Source: Macrostomum lignano (taxonomy: Eukaryota). Taken from it: a DNA stretch of 64,000 nt. The position numbers were made by a program, and so were the translations under genes. Below the pieces are notes generated by a model. It searched no databases and was not told where the DNA came from. It was given only the letters and a program-made list of their open reading frames with translations. The stretch lies in assembly GCA_002269645.1 (NCBI GenBank), contig NIVC01000006.1:434001-498000 (forward strand), written 5' to 3'. Of the stretch, positions 10,701-23,050 are shown piece after piece. Each line of letters opens with the position of its first letter. The first letter of the stretch is position 1.

Positions 10701-11683
10701 ACGACACCTCCCTGGGCTGTTCTGGACTCTGTCACCCTCGGGCTGCAGTTGGCCTCCCCAACCTCGCGGGGGACCTGCCGGAGGCCCGGAGAGCCGCGGC
10801 GCAGCAGACACTTGCCGCCCTGCCGCCCGCCAGCACCGTGATCTGGACCGACGGAGCGGCGAAGGACGGCATCCTGGACGGCGGCAGTGGCGTCCTGGTC
10901 GAGCCCAACACGACGCTGTGCGTCGCTGCTGGCCATGTGACGTCCAGCTTCCACGCCGAGTTAGTGGCCATCGCTGAGGCCCTTCGGTGGGTGCTCGCGG
11001 CCCCGGACCCGGCAGAGCTGTCGCCGGTCCGCATCTGCTCCGACTCCCTGAGCGCGCTTAGCGCGCTCGCGTCCGGCCCCGGGTCGACGGGCGCCACCAT
11101 GATCGACGCCGTCTGGGGCAGCCTCGCCGACCTCGCGGCCCGGGGAACCTCGGTCCACCTGCAGTGGGTGCCTGGCCACGCGGGAATCCCAGGCAACGAG
11201 GCCGTGGACGAGATCGCCAAGCAAGGCACCACGCTGGCGCAAGGCACCGCGCCCGTACCGCTAGCTGCCGCGCAGGCTGCCGTCCGCCGCTACTGCCTCG
11301 CCCGCTGGCACCAGATCTACAACGCGGCGGCCACCGAGGCGGCGAGCACGAGCTCGCTTGCCTGGCACCTTGCCTGCACGGCGGGCCGCCTGCCGCCTCA
11401 GCCGACAAGCGACCTCACGCGGCGGCAGGAGCGGCTGATCTGCCAGCTGCGCGCCGACCGCTGCCCGGCCCTGCGGGGCTTCCAGGCCGCCATCGGCGTT
11501 GACGTGGCCCCCACCTGCCGCCTCTGTGGCGATGGAGAGGAGACGGCGGCCCATCTGCTGATCTCCTGCCCCGCCCTGACATCACACCGCTGCCGCCTCT
11601 GGGGGCCAAGCCCGGAGCCCGCGGCAGTTTTCGAGAACTGCGTCGCGGTGTTGAACTTCCTCGGGAAGGCGGGCGCCATCTGA
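7768..11683 (+). CDS. Retrotransposon polyprotein APE endonuclease + reverse transcriptase + RNase H + C-terminal CxxC-H-C finger; two -1 frameshifts as assembled
   Basis: APE: LQLNAEG, DVACLQETH, ILGDLNAHH, GSDHLPI. RT: KAPGPD, SYRPIALTS, FDFRRAYDTV, GLPQGSVLAP, LYADDL, FLGVILD. RNase H: WTDGAA, AELVAI, SDSLSAL, WVPGHAGIPGNEAVD. Finger: CRLCGDGEETAAHLLISC. One extra base in a homopolymer upstream of the APE (e.g. C6 at 7863-68) and in G5 (10768-72) would fuse ATG 7768 through stop 11683. Confidence 0.9.
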
Positions 11684-12780
11684 CGCCCGGTGCCATGGGC
11701 CCTGGCCCGAGCACGCCCGAAGAAGAAGAAGAAGAAGAAGAAGAAGAAGCTAAAAAGCTGCATAGCCTTCGTGGCTCCTTCAGCCAGCACATACTTTCTC
11801 AAGTATACTCATATCTCAAAGTGTACTCATGTACATGTACACTTTCGCAGGTATAATTGCTCATTCCTGCTACCTGCTACTTTACGCTCGTAGTAACATC
11901 AAGACATTAGCTCGCACTGCTGTGATATCAGTAGATTAACTTTCCTCAGTGTATTTGTTTTTTGTCAAAAAAATGCACAGGCTTGTGCAGAGGGGCTGGT
12001 TAAGGGTTAGGATAGGACGACCTCGAATTCAATCAGTTTCTCTCTTTGCTTTCAATTGCCCAGCCTGCTCAGTCTGTTTCGAACGCTGAGCAGGGCAGGA
12101 CCGTTTTAGACAAAGTTCTTTGAATGTGAAGCGCTTACAGGCTGCCCCAGTCGCTGGAACTGGAATGGCATGACTGTAGGCTCAATGGGAAGCATCTTGC
12201 TATTCCTCTTGGCAATTGCGTGCAGCCTGACTGACTCTCGCTGCCAGAGAACAACTTGAGCCGCCATAAATTTGATGTCTGTTAGTCTCTCAGTCTGCTT
12301 AGGCTGATCTTCCAGCCCTTCAAGCTCTTCGAAAGCGGTGGTCGAGCATTTCCCGACGGATATATGGGCCAGACTGCCACATATGCTAAGCAAAACTGCT
12401 TGATATTTGTTTGTATAGTTTTCACAAAAAAGTCTTTAATTCTTTGTTGATTGACCTTTTTTTGCGCTAGCTAGTCACAATGTTTTATGGCCGCTAGATC
12501 ATAAAAACAACCAACGAAGAAGCCAATGCATTGCATTAAATTACAAGTAGAGATTACAAGTTTTTATATAGGTCAGAAGAGGAACTACCATATCTGATTT
12601 TGGTTTGGTACGGTCTAGCGCAGCAATAATCTGTTAGCGTCACTGCGGTGTACCGATGTAATTTAGACTTTTTTGTCCTTTGAAAGTGGGTGCATGCAGT
12701 CACTGCTCATACAAGGACAACTTAAGTAGAAGGACGCAACACTCGAAATCTGTGGTAAATGTTTTGAAGGCAACTTCTTG

Positions 12781-12990
12781 CCGAAAAATACACTACAGAG
12801 ATAGGAGGTTTTAATTTTTTTCAGCACTAAAATTGTTATTGCTTTTGATAGGAGGCAGATCCAGTGTTCATCTTTTGATATGTTGTGCCTTTCTTATTGC
12901 TCTATCGATATTTATAAAGCTTTTCGTTCAAAAATAGTTTTAAAGGCAGGTTTCACCGGAAAAATACACTACAGAGATAGGAAATTTCAA
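12781..12990 (+). repeat. Short dispersed repeat, copies at ~12781, ~12956 and ~18920
   Basis: CCG(G)AAAAATACACTACAGAGATAGGA at 12781 and 12956; CCGAAAAATACATTACGGAGATAGGG at 18920; each followed by an AT-rich ...CACTAAAA-like tail. Confidence 0.65.
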
Positions 12991-15299
12991 GATTTTCAAC
13001 ACTAAAACAGTGATCGGGTCTCTTAACAGTGTCAGAGAAAGTTCTAATCACACTATTTTGTGCCTAACATGCTGCTCTAACGACGCATTAATCGATTTTT
13101 CATGTTAAATTGGTCTGTCACTTGAAAAAACGTTTAAATTAATTACAAAATGCGAAAAGTTGCCTTCAAAACATTTACCACAGATTTCGAGTATAGCGTC
13201 CTATATATATGTTACTTGAGTAGTCCTTGTGCTCATATTGGAAAAGGCGTTCAACCTTTCTTCTATGGTTCTAGTAGTTCTTGGTCTCTGACGCATCGCG
13301 CTTCATCAGTTCATCAGGTTGGAGACACCCATAGCACTTGTTACCTGCTTTCCGTTTCCTGACTCATCTACCTGATCCTGATCGCATTCAGATCTCCATG
13401 CAGTTCTTCTGGAATTCTAACACCCCAGAACTCGGGAAGAGCTTGTGTAATTTTTTTTCGTAAACTCGAACAGCTCTCTAAGCTCATCGATCCAGACCAG
13501 CAATCTAGTAAGTGCCTCCGGGATTACACTGTAGTTGCTGGGCTCAGACTCTCCGGAGTTCTGCGAAAGTGCATTCTTAACTTCCTCAAGACTTCCTCAA
13601 TGTTGCGCAGAAAATTGCTACGAACTTGCTGTTTTATTGCAGTAATAAAGTAAAGTATTATAGTTCATTGTCGATCATCAGCATCTAATGAATACAAACT
13701 TCGCACTTATTAACAATAGGCTTGTTTGAAACTTGGCCTCTTTACGGGTTCATGTGGTTAATATTGCACTTGTAGCTTGTCAAATACGAAAGTCCCCCAG
13801 CTTATGGTCAATTTTGATTCCCATATTCAGAGTTAAAAGAGGCTTTACAATTTTTAATAAATTTCGCACACTTACAATGCGACTTCGATGTCATTAGCTT
13901 AATTGGTGAGTTCAGAGGCACGCATAATTGTACATGTTGACCATCAAGCATTGCTCAAGCACGAGTATAGGTAAACGAGTTTAGTAGCGCTTACCTAAAA
14001 TGCTTTTCCTCTCCATTGCTTACTCAAGGAGGCCCAGGAATTAGAGAACGCGAAAGTTATTTGAGGTGCGAGGGACGCTAGAGTAGGTTGATTGGCTGAA
14101 GCATGTGGCAAACTAGCCAGCAGCAGTTAGGCAAAACTTTAGTAGATGTGGATAGAGTGCTGAAGTGCGCCTTAGTGTGTTCGGAAAGTCTCCGGGATTC
14201 TGTGACGAATTCGGGAGTGAGTGGAGGCCCTGTTTCCGTGTTTAGTTTTCCTGTAAATTTCTCGATTTGCATTGAATCAACTCTACAAGTTTGGGTGAAC
14301 TCAGTGTGTGAGCATCTGTGCACGGTTAGTTTGGGACAAGGCTCCTACCGGTTTGACTTGGAGATTTACTTCGTACTTGTACGCTCGTGTTTTTGATTTT
14401 TTGCCTAAATGCACCTATTCCGAACTGCTGAAAGTTGAACACCGAAAAACAAGTTAGGCCACTTTGAAACTTTGAAACTAGGAATCGAGATAGGAATCGA
14501 AAAGACGTGAAAAAAGCTAAAACCATAATTCGGATTTTAAATGGATAATCGGCGTTTCGGATTCGGATTCGGCCGGCGGCGTGGATTTCATTCGCGACCT
14601 GGCCCTGGGGCGCGCCCTGTGACGCTGACAGCGTATTTTGTTGTTGTTGTTGTCAATTCAACGACGTCAAAATATAGACGCCTGCTACATCAACGGTGTA
14701 ATGTAAAAGTGCTTCAGGGAATCGAATAATTCTTTATGATGAGCATGAGCACTACTGACTTTGGCACTGCAGTAATCTGCCGCTTGTGCCCAACATTAGC
14801 TATAGATCGATGCGCACTCAGCTTTGGTGCTGGTTGATTTTGCAATAGACTGGAGACAAAGTGCATAGGTACTCTGTTTGAAATAGACCGGAAGCAATGC
14901 AATGCGGCATAATACTAGGGTATTGCAGAAAAAAGTTTTTGAAAAACTCCGCTATGTGCTCTACAGATCGCTCAAATAGAGCTGTTTCCTGAATTTTTTT
15001 CTTAAAGTGCACAAAAATGGTCTCAGCTGAGCATGAGCCTCAGAAATAGAGGCGGAAATCAGCACTACATGTGGACTACTGAAGCTTGACCAGGAATTAA
15101 GTAGATAAGCTTCTAGGAACAATGCAAGGCTGCTTTAGGACCAAAAGTGCCACTTAAAGAACTGTAAAATCCCACAGTTTCAGTAGAAAAAAATTGAAGT
15201 CCACTTTAGCACCATAGTTTTACTGTGAACTTTAAGACTATTTATTGATTCAAGCCACGCGGTTTTGAGACATTCATGAACTGTACGCACATATTTGCT

Positions 15300-15650
15300 C
15301 CGTTCCGATCGTGTGGGAAGAAGCATAGGCGGCCAAGGATTGCCATAGACTATACCGAGGTCTCAATTCGAGGTACTTGCCTAACAACATGCATCCATGG
15401 GTTGTTTGATTGACAGGCAAGGGCAAGGTCGCTACTTCTCGACGCTGGATGCCAAATCAGAGCACTATCAGATGCTGCTGAACGATAAGGAAAAGGATCC
15501 TAACGAGCTTCGTGATAACCATGGGATCAGCATAAATGGGAGCGAGGTTGTCAATTCAGCTTGTCTGTGGTATGCCGTCTAATGAGCGTCGTTTCGTGTG
15601 ATCTTATGTGCTTAGCGACGCTTTATATTGCATGGATGACGTCGTCCGCC
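15300..15650 (+). pseudogene. Decayed Ty3/Gypsy LTR-retrotransposon reverse transcriptase fragment
   Basis: With frameshifts: KKHRRPRIAIDY-RGLN (KKdG..R.ciDYR.LN), GRYFSTLDAKSEHYQMLLNDKEKD (yFStlDlksgYhQi.l...dk), and CMDDVV at the YxDD position. Confidence 0.7.
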
Positions 15651-15883
15651 TCTATCGAACTTGTTCGCATCACATGGAAAGGTTGCGGAGAATTTTGGAG
15701 AAAATTCTGGAAGACGCAATAAAATTTTTGCTGCGAATTTTGGAAGACGCAAAATTTTGGAAGACGCAATAAAAAAGGCCACTGAATTGTGCGCTTATGG
15801 GGGTCACGGAAATCAAGTATCCAACGGTGACCAACGGGCGGTTAAGCCATTTCTTCGGATAGAGTCGAATCTCAAAAACATTT

Positions 15884-17398
15884 CCTGCGGTGCCAAAATG
15901 AGTGCCTGTGGCGCTAAAATGAGCGCCTGTGGCGCTAAAATGAGTGCCTGCGGCGCCAAATGAGTGCCTGCGGCGCCAAAATGAGTGCCTGTGGCGCTAA
16001 TGAGTGCCTGCGGCGCTAAAAGGAATGCCTGCGGCGCCAAAATGAGTGCCTGTGGGGATAAAGTGAGTGCCTGCGGCGCTAAAAGGAGTGCCTGCGGCGC
16101 TAAAATGAGTGCCTGCGGCGCCAAAATGAGTGCCTGCGGCGCTAAAATGAGTGCCTGCGGCGCTAAAAGGATTGCCTGCGGCGCCAAAATGAGTGCCTGC
16201 GGCGCCAAAATGAGTGCCTGTGGCGCTAAAATGAGTGCCTGCGGCGCCAAAATGAGTGCCTGCGGCGCTAAAATGAGTGCCTGCGGCGCTAAAAGGAATA
16301 CCTGCGGTGCCAAAATGAGTGCCTGCGGCGCTAAACTGAGTGCCTGCGGCGCTAAAAGGATTGCCTGCGGCGCCAAAATGAGTGCCTGCGGCGCCAAAAT
16401 GAGTGCCTGCGGCGCTAAAATGAGTGCCTGCGGCGCTAAAAGGATTGCCTGCGGCGCCAAAATGAGTGCCTGCGGCGCCAAAATGAGTGCCTGTGGCGCT
16501 AAAATGAGTGCCTGCGGCGCCAAAATGAGTGCCTGCGGCGCTAAAATGAGTGCCTGCGGCGCTAAAAGGAATACCTGCGGTGCCAAAATGAGTGCCTGCG
16601 GCGCTAAAATGAGTGCCTGCGGCGCTAAAAGGATTGCCTGCGGCGCCAAAATGAGTGCCTGCGGCGCCAAAATGAGTGCCTGTGGCGCTAATGAGCGCCT
16701 GCGGCGCTAAAAGGAATACCTGCGGTGCCAAAATGAGTGCCTGCGGCGCTAAAATGAGTGCCTGCGGCGCTAAAATGAGTGCCTGCGGGGCTAAAAGGAA
16801 TACATGCGGCGCCAAAATGAGTGCCTGCTGCGCCAAAATGAGTGCCTGTGGCGCTAAAATGAGTGCCTGTGGCGCTAAAATGAATGCCTGTGGCGCTAAA
16901 AGGAATACCTGCGGCGCCAAAATGAGTGCCTGCGGCGCTAAAATGAGTGCCTGCGGCGCTAAAAGGAATACCTGCGGTGCCAAAATGAGTGCCTGCGGCG
17001 CTAAAATGAGTGCCTGCGGCGCTAAAATGAGTGCCTGCGGCGCTAAAAGGAATACCTGCGGTGCCAAAATGAGTGCCTGCGGCGCTAAAATGAGTGCCTG
17101 CGGCGCTAAAATGAGTGCCTGCGGCGCTAAAATGAGTGCCTGCGGCGCTAAAATGAGTGCCTGCGGCGCTAAAATGAGTGCCTGCGGCGCCAAAATGAGT
17201 GCCTGCTGCGCCAAAATGAGTGCCTGTGGCGCTAAAATGAGTGCCTGTGGCGCTAAAATGAATGCCTGTGGCGCTAAAAGGAATACCTGCGGCGCCAAAA
17301 TGAGTGCCTGCGGCGCTAAAATGAGTACCTGCGGGGCTAAAAGGAATACATGCGGCGCCAAAATGAGTGCCTGCGGCGCCAAAATGAGTGCCTGCGGA
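15884..17398. repeat. 21-bp minisatellite (TGAGTGCCTGCGGCGCYAAAA), about 72 copies, with higher-order repeats
   Basis: Period 21; variant units AAAAGGAATACC and AAAAGGATTGCC recur at 273-bp spacing, and a GCCTGCTG variant at 378-bp spacing. Confidence 0.98.
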
Positions 17399-17559
17399 AT
17401 GAAAACCAACAGTTGCCACTGTTGTCGATCATTAACTATTTACTAGCCTCTGTAGTCAGCCTTCTTTACTCCTATTAGCACTGTTATTGTTTTAGTATAG
17501 TGTGGTCGACTGTCAGTCTGCGATTGGTGCACCTGTACGCTTAACCTCAGCCTTGTTTT

Positions 17560-17617
17560 TTGCTATTGCTATTTGCTATTTGCTATTTTGCTATTTGCTA
17601 TTTGCTATTTGCTATTG
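17560..17617. repeat. (TTTGCTA)n heptanucleotide microsatellite
   Basis: About 8 tandem TTTGCTA/TTTTGCTA units. Confidence 0.9.
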
Positions 17618-17929
17618 TAGAAATTGTAGAATCGATCGGCAATCAGTGACTGACAGTGTTGCAGAACTTGCAGCATGATAATTGACTAAATAATATCATT
17701 TTAATGATAATTACTAATTATTATAAGCTAATTAATAAAGTATATATGGGCGCAGGCTATTTTAAAAAGTTCTAAAAACTTACTTTAAGATCGAAAGTAT
17801 TAATTATTTCAGCTTAATTGACCTAAAAGTGAAGTATTTATCATTACTCTCTGTAAAACTACGCAACAATTTCATTCATTTTAACAAAATTTTGATTGTT
17901 TGCATACTCAAAATTTTAAAAGTATAGGA

Positions 17930-18083
17930 CTATCGGATTATCGGGAAAATTTGAAAATTGTATCGGAAGTTACCGAAGTCCGATACCGTCAAAAAAGTAT
18001 CGACTTCCGATACTCCGATACCCAAAAGGTATCGCCGATAGTATCGGAGTATCGGAGTTTCGGAATTGTGCCCAACACTAGTA
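17930..18083. mobile_element. CCGATA/TATCGG-rich MITE-like remnant with internal inverted repeat
   Basis: TCCGATACTCCGATAC (18006-18021) is the exact reverse complement of GTATCGGAGTATCGGA (18041-18056); many TATCGG motifs; ends GCCCAACACTAGT. Confidence 0.5.
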
Positions 18084-18563
18084 AACATAATATACGAAAG
18101 ATGTTTCATAAGCAATGAGAATGAGAGTGGATGGTGTGATAACTCCTGGATATATGGGGCAGAGTCTAGACAACATTTTAAAGCCAAAAAATTTGCAAAT
18201 ACTGGTAGACTCACTTAAAAGACTTCAAGGCTCATAAACCAAAAAATCCCAGGAAAATTTTCGCCCAGAGAGTCGACAGAGTAGGTAACGAGTAGACAGG
18301 TAGACAGGTTACCCATTCAAAGTCATGAAAGTCATGATAAAACTTTTCGTTACTTTTGGAAAACCCTCTAAAATCGCTGTCTGCAGCCAAGGCCCAGTCT
18401 CCTTTTTCCTTTTTTCCTTTTGCTTTTCTCTGGGAAAGGAAACGAAATGATGGTCACAGATACGCTCTCCGCAAATTAATTGTATATTTTCATTTATGAA
18501 TATGACAAATACACGACATACGCCCATAGTAACTAAATTGTCCCTAAACTTAACACCTGCCAG

Positions 18564-18773
18564 GTTGTGAAAATGCTGATTATTGTGGTCCTACTGTTCG
18601 CCATCTGCTGGCTGCCGCTGCACATATTCAACGTGCTGGTGGACTATACCCAGGTGCAGGCGTGGCTGGACAGCGTCACCCTGGAGAGGATTTTTGTCGC
18701 ATTCCACTGGACCGCCATGGCCAACTCGTTCGTCAATCCAATCGTCTACGGATTCCTGAATGACTCTTTTCGG
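18564..18773 (+). CDS. Neuropeptide GPCR coding exon 2 (TM6-TM7)
   Basis: Acceptor CCTGCCAG|GTT; VVKMLIIVVLLFAICWLPLH (CWxP) and FHWTAMANSFVNPIVYGFLNDSFR (NPxxY); donor CGG|GTGAGA; phase 0 at both ends. Confidence 0.95.
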
Positions 18774-19554
18774 GTGAGAGCTCGATGAGGAAAGACGCTG
18801 AGGTTTATTTTTAAACCCTATATTAGACACCGAAAGTCGGGCGTGCATTCATCAAGGACCTCTCAAGTACAAGGACGATAAACTATACGTTTCTTGGAAA
18901 TTTCAAGAGACAGGTTTTACCGAAAAATACATTACGGAGATAGGGGGATTGATAAATTAAATTCAGAAAACTAAAATTTTAGTTTAAAAATTTCCCAAAT
19001 ATTTCCAAGAAATGTAGCTGCTCGTCTAAATTGGAATGACCCAGTGACGTACGCCAGAAACGAATGACCGCAGATCAACATTTATTACCGTGGACGCGAT
19101 ATCCACTGGCCCAGGAGATCCAGTTAGCGACTTAGGCCTTCTGTGACTTTATCATTAAGCTTATAGAATTTTATTTACAATTTAGAGTCGATACAGGGGG
19201 GGAGGGGCGAGATGAGGCGGTGGCTAAGGCAAAACTATGAAGAAGACTGCAAGACTTCTTACTTTTTCTCGAATCAATATTAGCCACTGATAATGTGCTT
19301 CTTAATCAACCTAGCCATGTGGAGCGACCAGATCTGCACACATGATAAGCTCGCATGGTAGCGAATGTAAACAGTTCGTCATCACCCCTCTGCATGGAGC
19401 GATTTTCCAATAGGCACCTCGCGTTTCTGTCGATTTTTTGGGAAAAGATTAAAATCTTCCCCCTGAGACGTGCGAAGAACAACAAGCAGCTTTATTGTTA
19501 GTATCATCATCAGAAAGCCAATCTGCTGCGTTATTAATCCTGCGTACGGTTTAG

Positions 19555-19893
19555 AACGACCTCGCCACGCTGATGAAGCCAGTCTGCCGGGCACTGCCCA
19601 GCTGCCTCCGCCGCGGCTGCCAGCTGACGCCCCTGCCCGCAGCCTCCGCAGTTGAACATTCGAGACATCCAAGACCGATCTGCGACCGCGACCGCGACTA
19701 CCGCACTCTGGGCGGGTCCGTCTTCGAGCTGCAGGACGTTCCCGGCGGCGCAGTCTCAACTGGCGTCACACAGGGGCCGATGATTCTGGCCGACCCTGAC
19801 AGAGGCGATGAAGACCGGCAGCAGCTGATGCAGCACCGAAAGCAGAGCAGGAGAGTTGGAACTGTTTTGACACAGTTTGTGACGCAGTTGTAG
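19555..19893 (+). CDS. Neuropeptide GPCR coding exon 3 (helix 8 and C-terminal tail); full protein about 447 aa
   Basis: Acceptor GGTTTAG|AAC in phase 0 gives FR-NDLATLMKPVCRALPSCLRRGC (helix 8 plus Cys candidates for palmitoylation); open to TAG 19891-93. Confidence 0.75.
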   Translation, partial: NDLATLMKPVCRALPSCLRRGCQLTPLPAASAVEHSRHPRPICDRDRDYRTLGGSVFELQDVPGGAVSTGVTQGPMILADPDRGDEDRQQLMQHRKQSRRVGTVLTQFVTQL

Positions 19894-20902
19894 TGTTCCA
19901 TGCGAGTGTTTTATGCACAGTAAATTATTTTGCGAACTTGCAGCACAGTTTTGCATATGACGCATCGCTATGTAAAGAAACTGAAACTGAAAAAATAGTC
20001 GTCAAAGACAGCTGTTCAAAGTCAATGTACTCGTATAACTACGTAGAAGAGGCTGAACACTTCTATTGGGCAGAATTCTCAGATTTAGAAAACTGAGGGC
20101 ACTCTTCGGCGACATGGTCCCACAGACAGCGCTGACGACAATTCTGCCCATTCCGAGCTGACTTCTGAGCAAAAACAAGAAGTTTATCTATTTGCTAACT
20201 GGTTGATTGGATTGCAATTTGAGGACCTGCAAGATAACTGTCATGTCCCTGTAGACTTGGATGCAGCAGACACAGACATCGGGTCCATTTTCATTCACTG
20301 CAAGTCAGCTTTGCTCTTTTTAGTTGAGCCGGGCAACTAGGGAGCTCAAGTCACAAGCAAATTGAAAAAAAGTTGAGTAGCAAAACTGACTGAGGCTTGG
20401 AGAAATTGAAGAAATTGTAACCCAACTTGAGCTGATGAGCAAGATAAAAAATAGTTAGCCAACAGGGCGCAAGAGGGAAGGCACAGGCGTGGCGACAAAG
20501 GCAGCGGACGAAACGAGTCCTGCGATAGCGAATATATTTTAGGATTTGAGGCGATTAAAAGGGAAGTCACGAAGCAACGGAATAAAAGCATTACAAGAAA
20601 AATAATAAAAAAAAAATTTTACGAGCCAAAGCGCTCTCGCAGCGCGCACGAGAGAGCGTGAGCGCACAAATAAAATGGGGCCGACGCCGCCCACCCCCAA
20701 CCCAACACCCCCGCCTGCCGGCCGGCACACAGCACCCCACCTTGCGGCAGGGATGTACACGCGCGGGCCGCACGCACAGACGGGCGGAGGGGCGGCCCCG
20801 TCGGCTAAACACGATTACAGAGACGGTTAAAACCGGCCCCTGAAATTGCAATCTTATTTAAGCTGTGGCTAGGAGAAAATAGACTCTGTTATAGAGACGC
20901 GC

Positions 20903-21904
<1,002 letters not shown>

Positions 21905-23050
21905 TCAGACATTGAACTTAGCGGTCTAATTGGCATTAAAGTTGCAAGTTAATGTCAACCACTCGGAAGTACTTTTATTTGTTATAAACAGCAGAGCTAC
22001 GAGTGTTCGCCGCACTCGAACTGCAGCCCCTTGGTTATCAAGCAGTCCCTTCAGCCAAAACATTCTTTCCAATCCTAATATCCTCGCTGCCTCTGTCTTT
22101 TCTTTGTCAGGCATATAAAATCTGGGATTAAGAATAATGATGCGCTCTGCTTAATCCACTGTCGCACTCAAGCTTAAAAAATCAAAGTCGAGATTTTGTT
22201 GCCTGTGGGGCGAGAGGATTAACCTCTCGCTCTTTTGATGGGAACGAGATTTATGTTATGGTTTCCAGTATCTCTACATTGTAGGCAACAGCGTCCATAG
22301 CGTTCTGCATTCCTTTTTCGACACTGCCAGTAACACCAAAAAGCTAGTTGCAATGCACTGTAGCTACTTTTGAATTGACCTCCGTACATGCTGCCCAATA
22401 TGAATTATATTATTGAATTTTCACGTGACACTCGGCATCTGACTGTGTATTGTTTGGCACCTGCCCTCTCAGTTGTCCAGTCTAGTCTCAATAGCCATTG
22501 CTTTTGTCCCATGCTGTATTGTGCGCGTCTTCTGCAGGACAGCCCCGAGCTACCTTGTAATTTGATAAATTAATTAATTTGCGAGCCACACAAAGCCATC
22601 TTGACTGCATGACTGGCTGAATATTTTATTGAGCACAAAATTCTTTCTATAATTTCTAGAAGTGGAATTGCGTTATATTTCCTGATGGAAATTGAAATGC
22701 AGCAAATCAGACTGAGAATCTGCTAATGATTTAGCAGAAATTGAATGATGAAAAAATAATTAAAAGACAGTCGGAAAGACATTAAAAGATCTCTGCAGTA
22801 TTAATCTTTAAATGCGTACTCGAAGCAGCGATGACTAAGAGTGCAACTTAGAATTTGTCCCTTTACTTAGAAAATGTTTCAAAGGTCACAATTTGGAAGA
22901 TCCAAGCTGCACTTGAATGGTAGTGGAAGTATTCAACACTTCAAAATATGGAAATTTATTTGAAGGGCACTGGTTTTCTTTTCAAAATGCATTGAAGGCA
23001 CTGCCGAGCACAGATATTTTCAAAAACCTTATAGGGGATCGATATTTGCT

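Larger units (their letters stand above)
7615..11749 (+). mobile_element. Apparently full-length single-ORF non-LTR retrotransposon, Ingi-like architecture (5' HDV-like ribozyme, APE-RT-RNase H-zinc finger, (AAG)10 tail, 13 bp TSD)
   Basis: TSD GAAGCTAAAAAGC at 7602-7614 and 11746-11758; (AAG)10 at 11720-11749; 36-nt 3' UTR; GC-rich body in AT-rich intron. Clade call is inferred from domain order, single ORF and 5' ribozyme. Confidence 0.93.

Noticed and set aside
7803-11802. Long antisense and alternate-frame ORFs over the retrotransposon
   Set aside because: Expected shadows of very GC-rich coding sequence; no recognisable motifs.
15813-17446. MSACGAK / APQALIL repeat proteins
   Set aside because: Translation of a 21-bp minisatellite within GPCR intron 1; no splice or unique coding context.
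20560-20845. GC-rich segment ending GGTTAAAACCGGCCCCTG, resembling a transposon terminus or structured RNA
   Set aside because: No partner inverted repeat found and no recognisable RNA fold.
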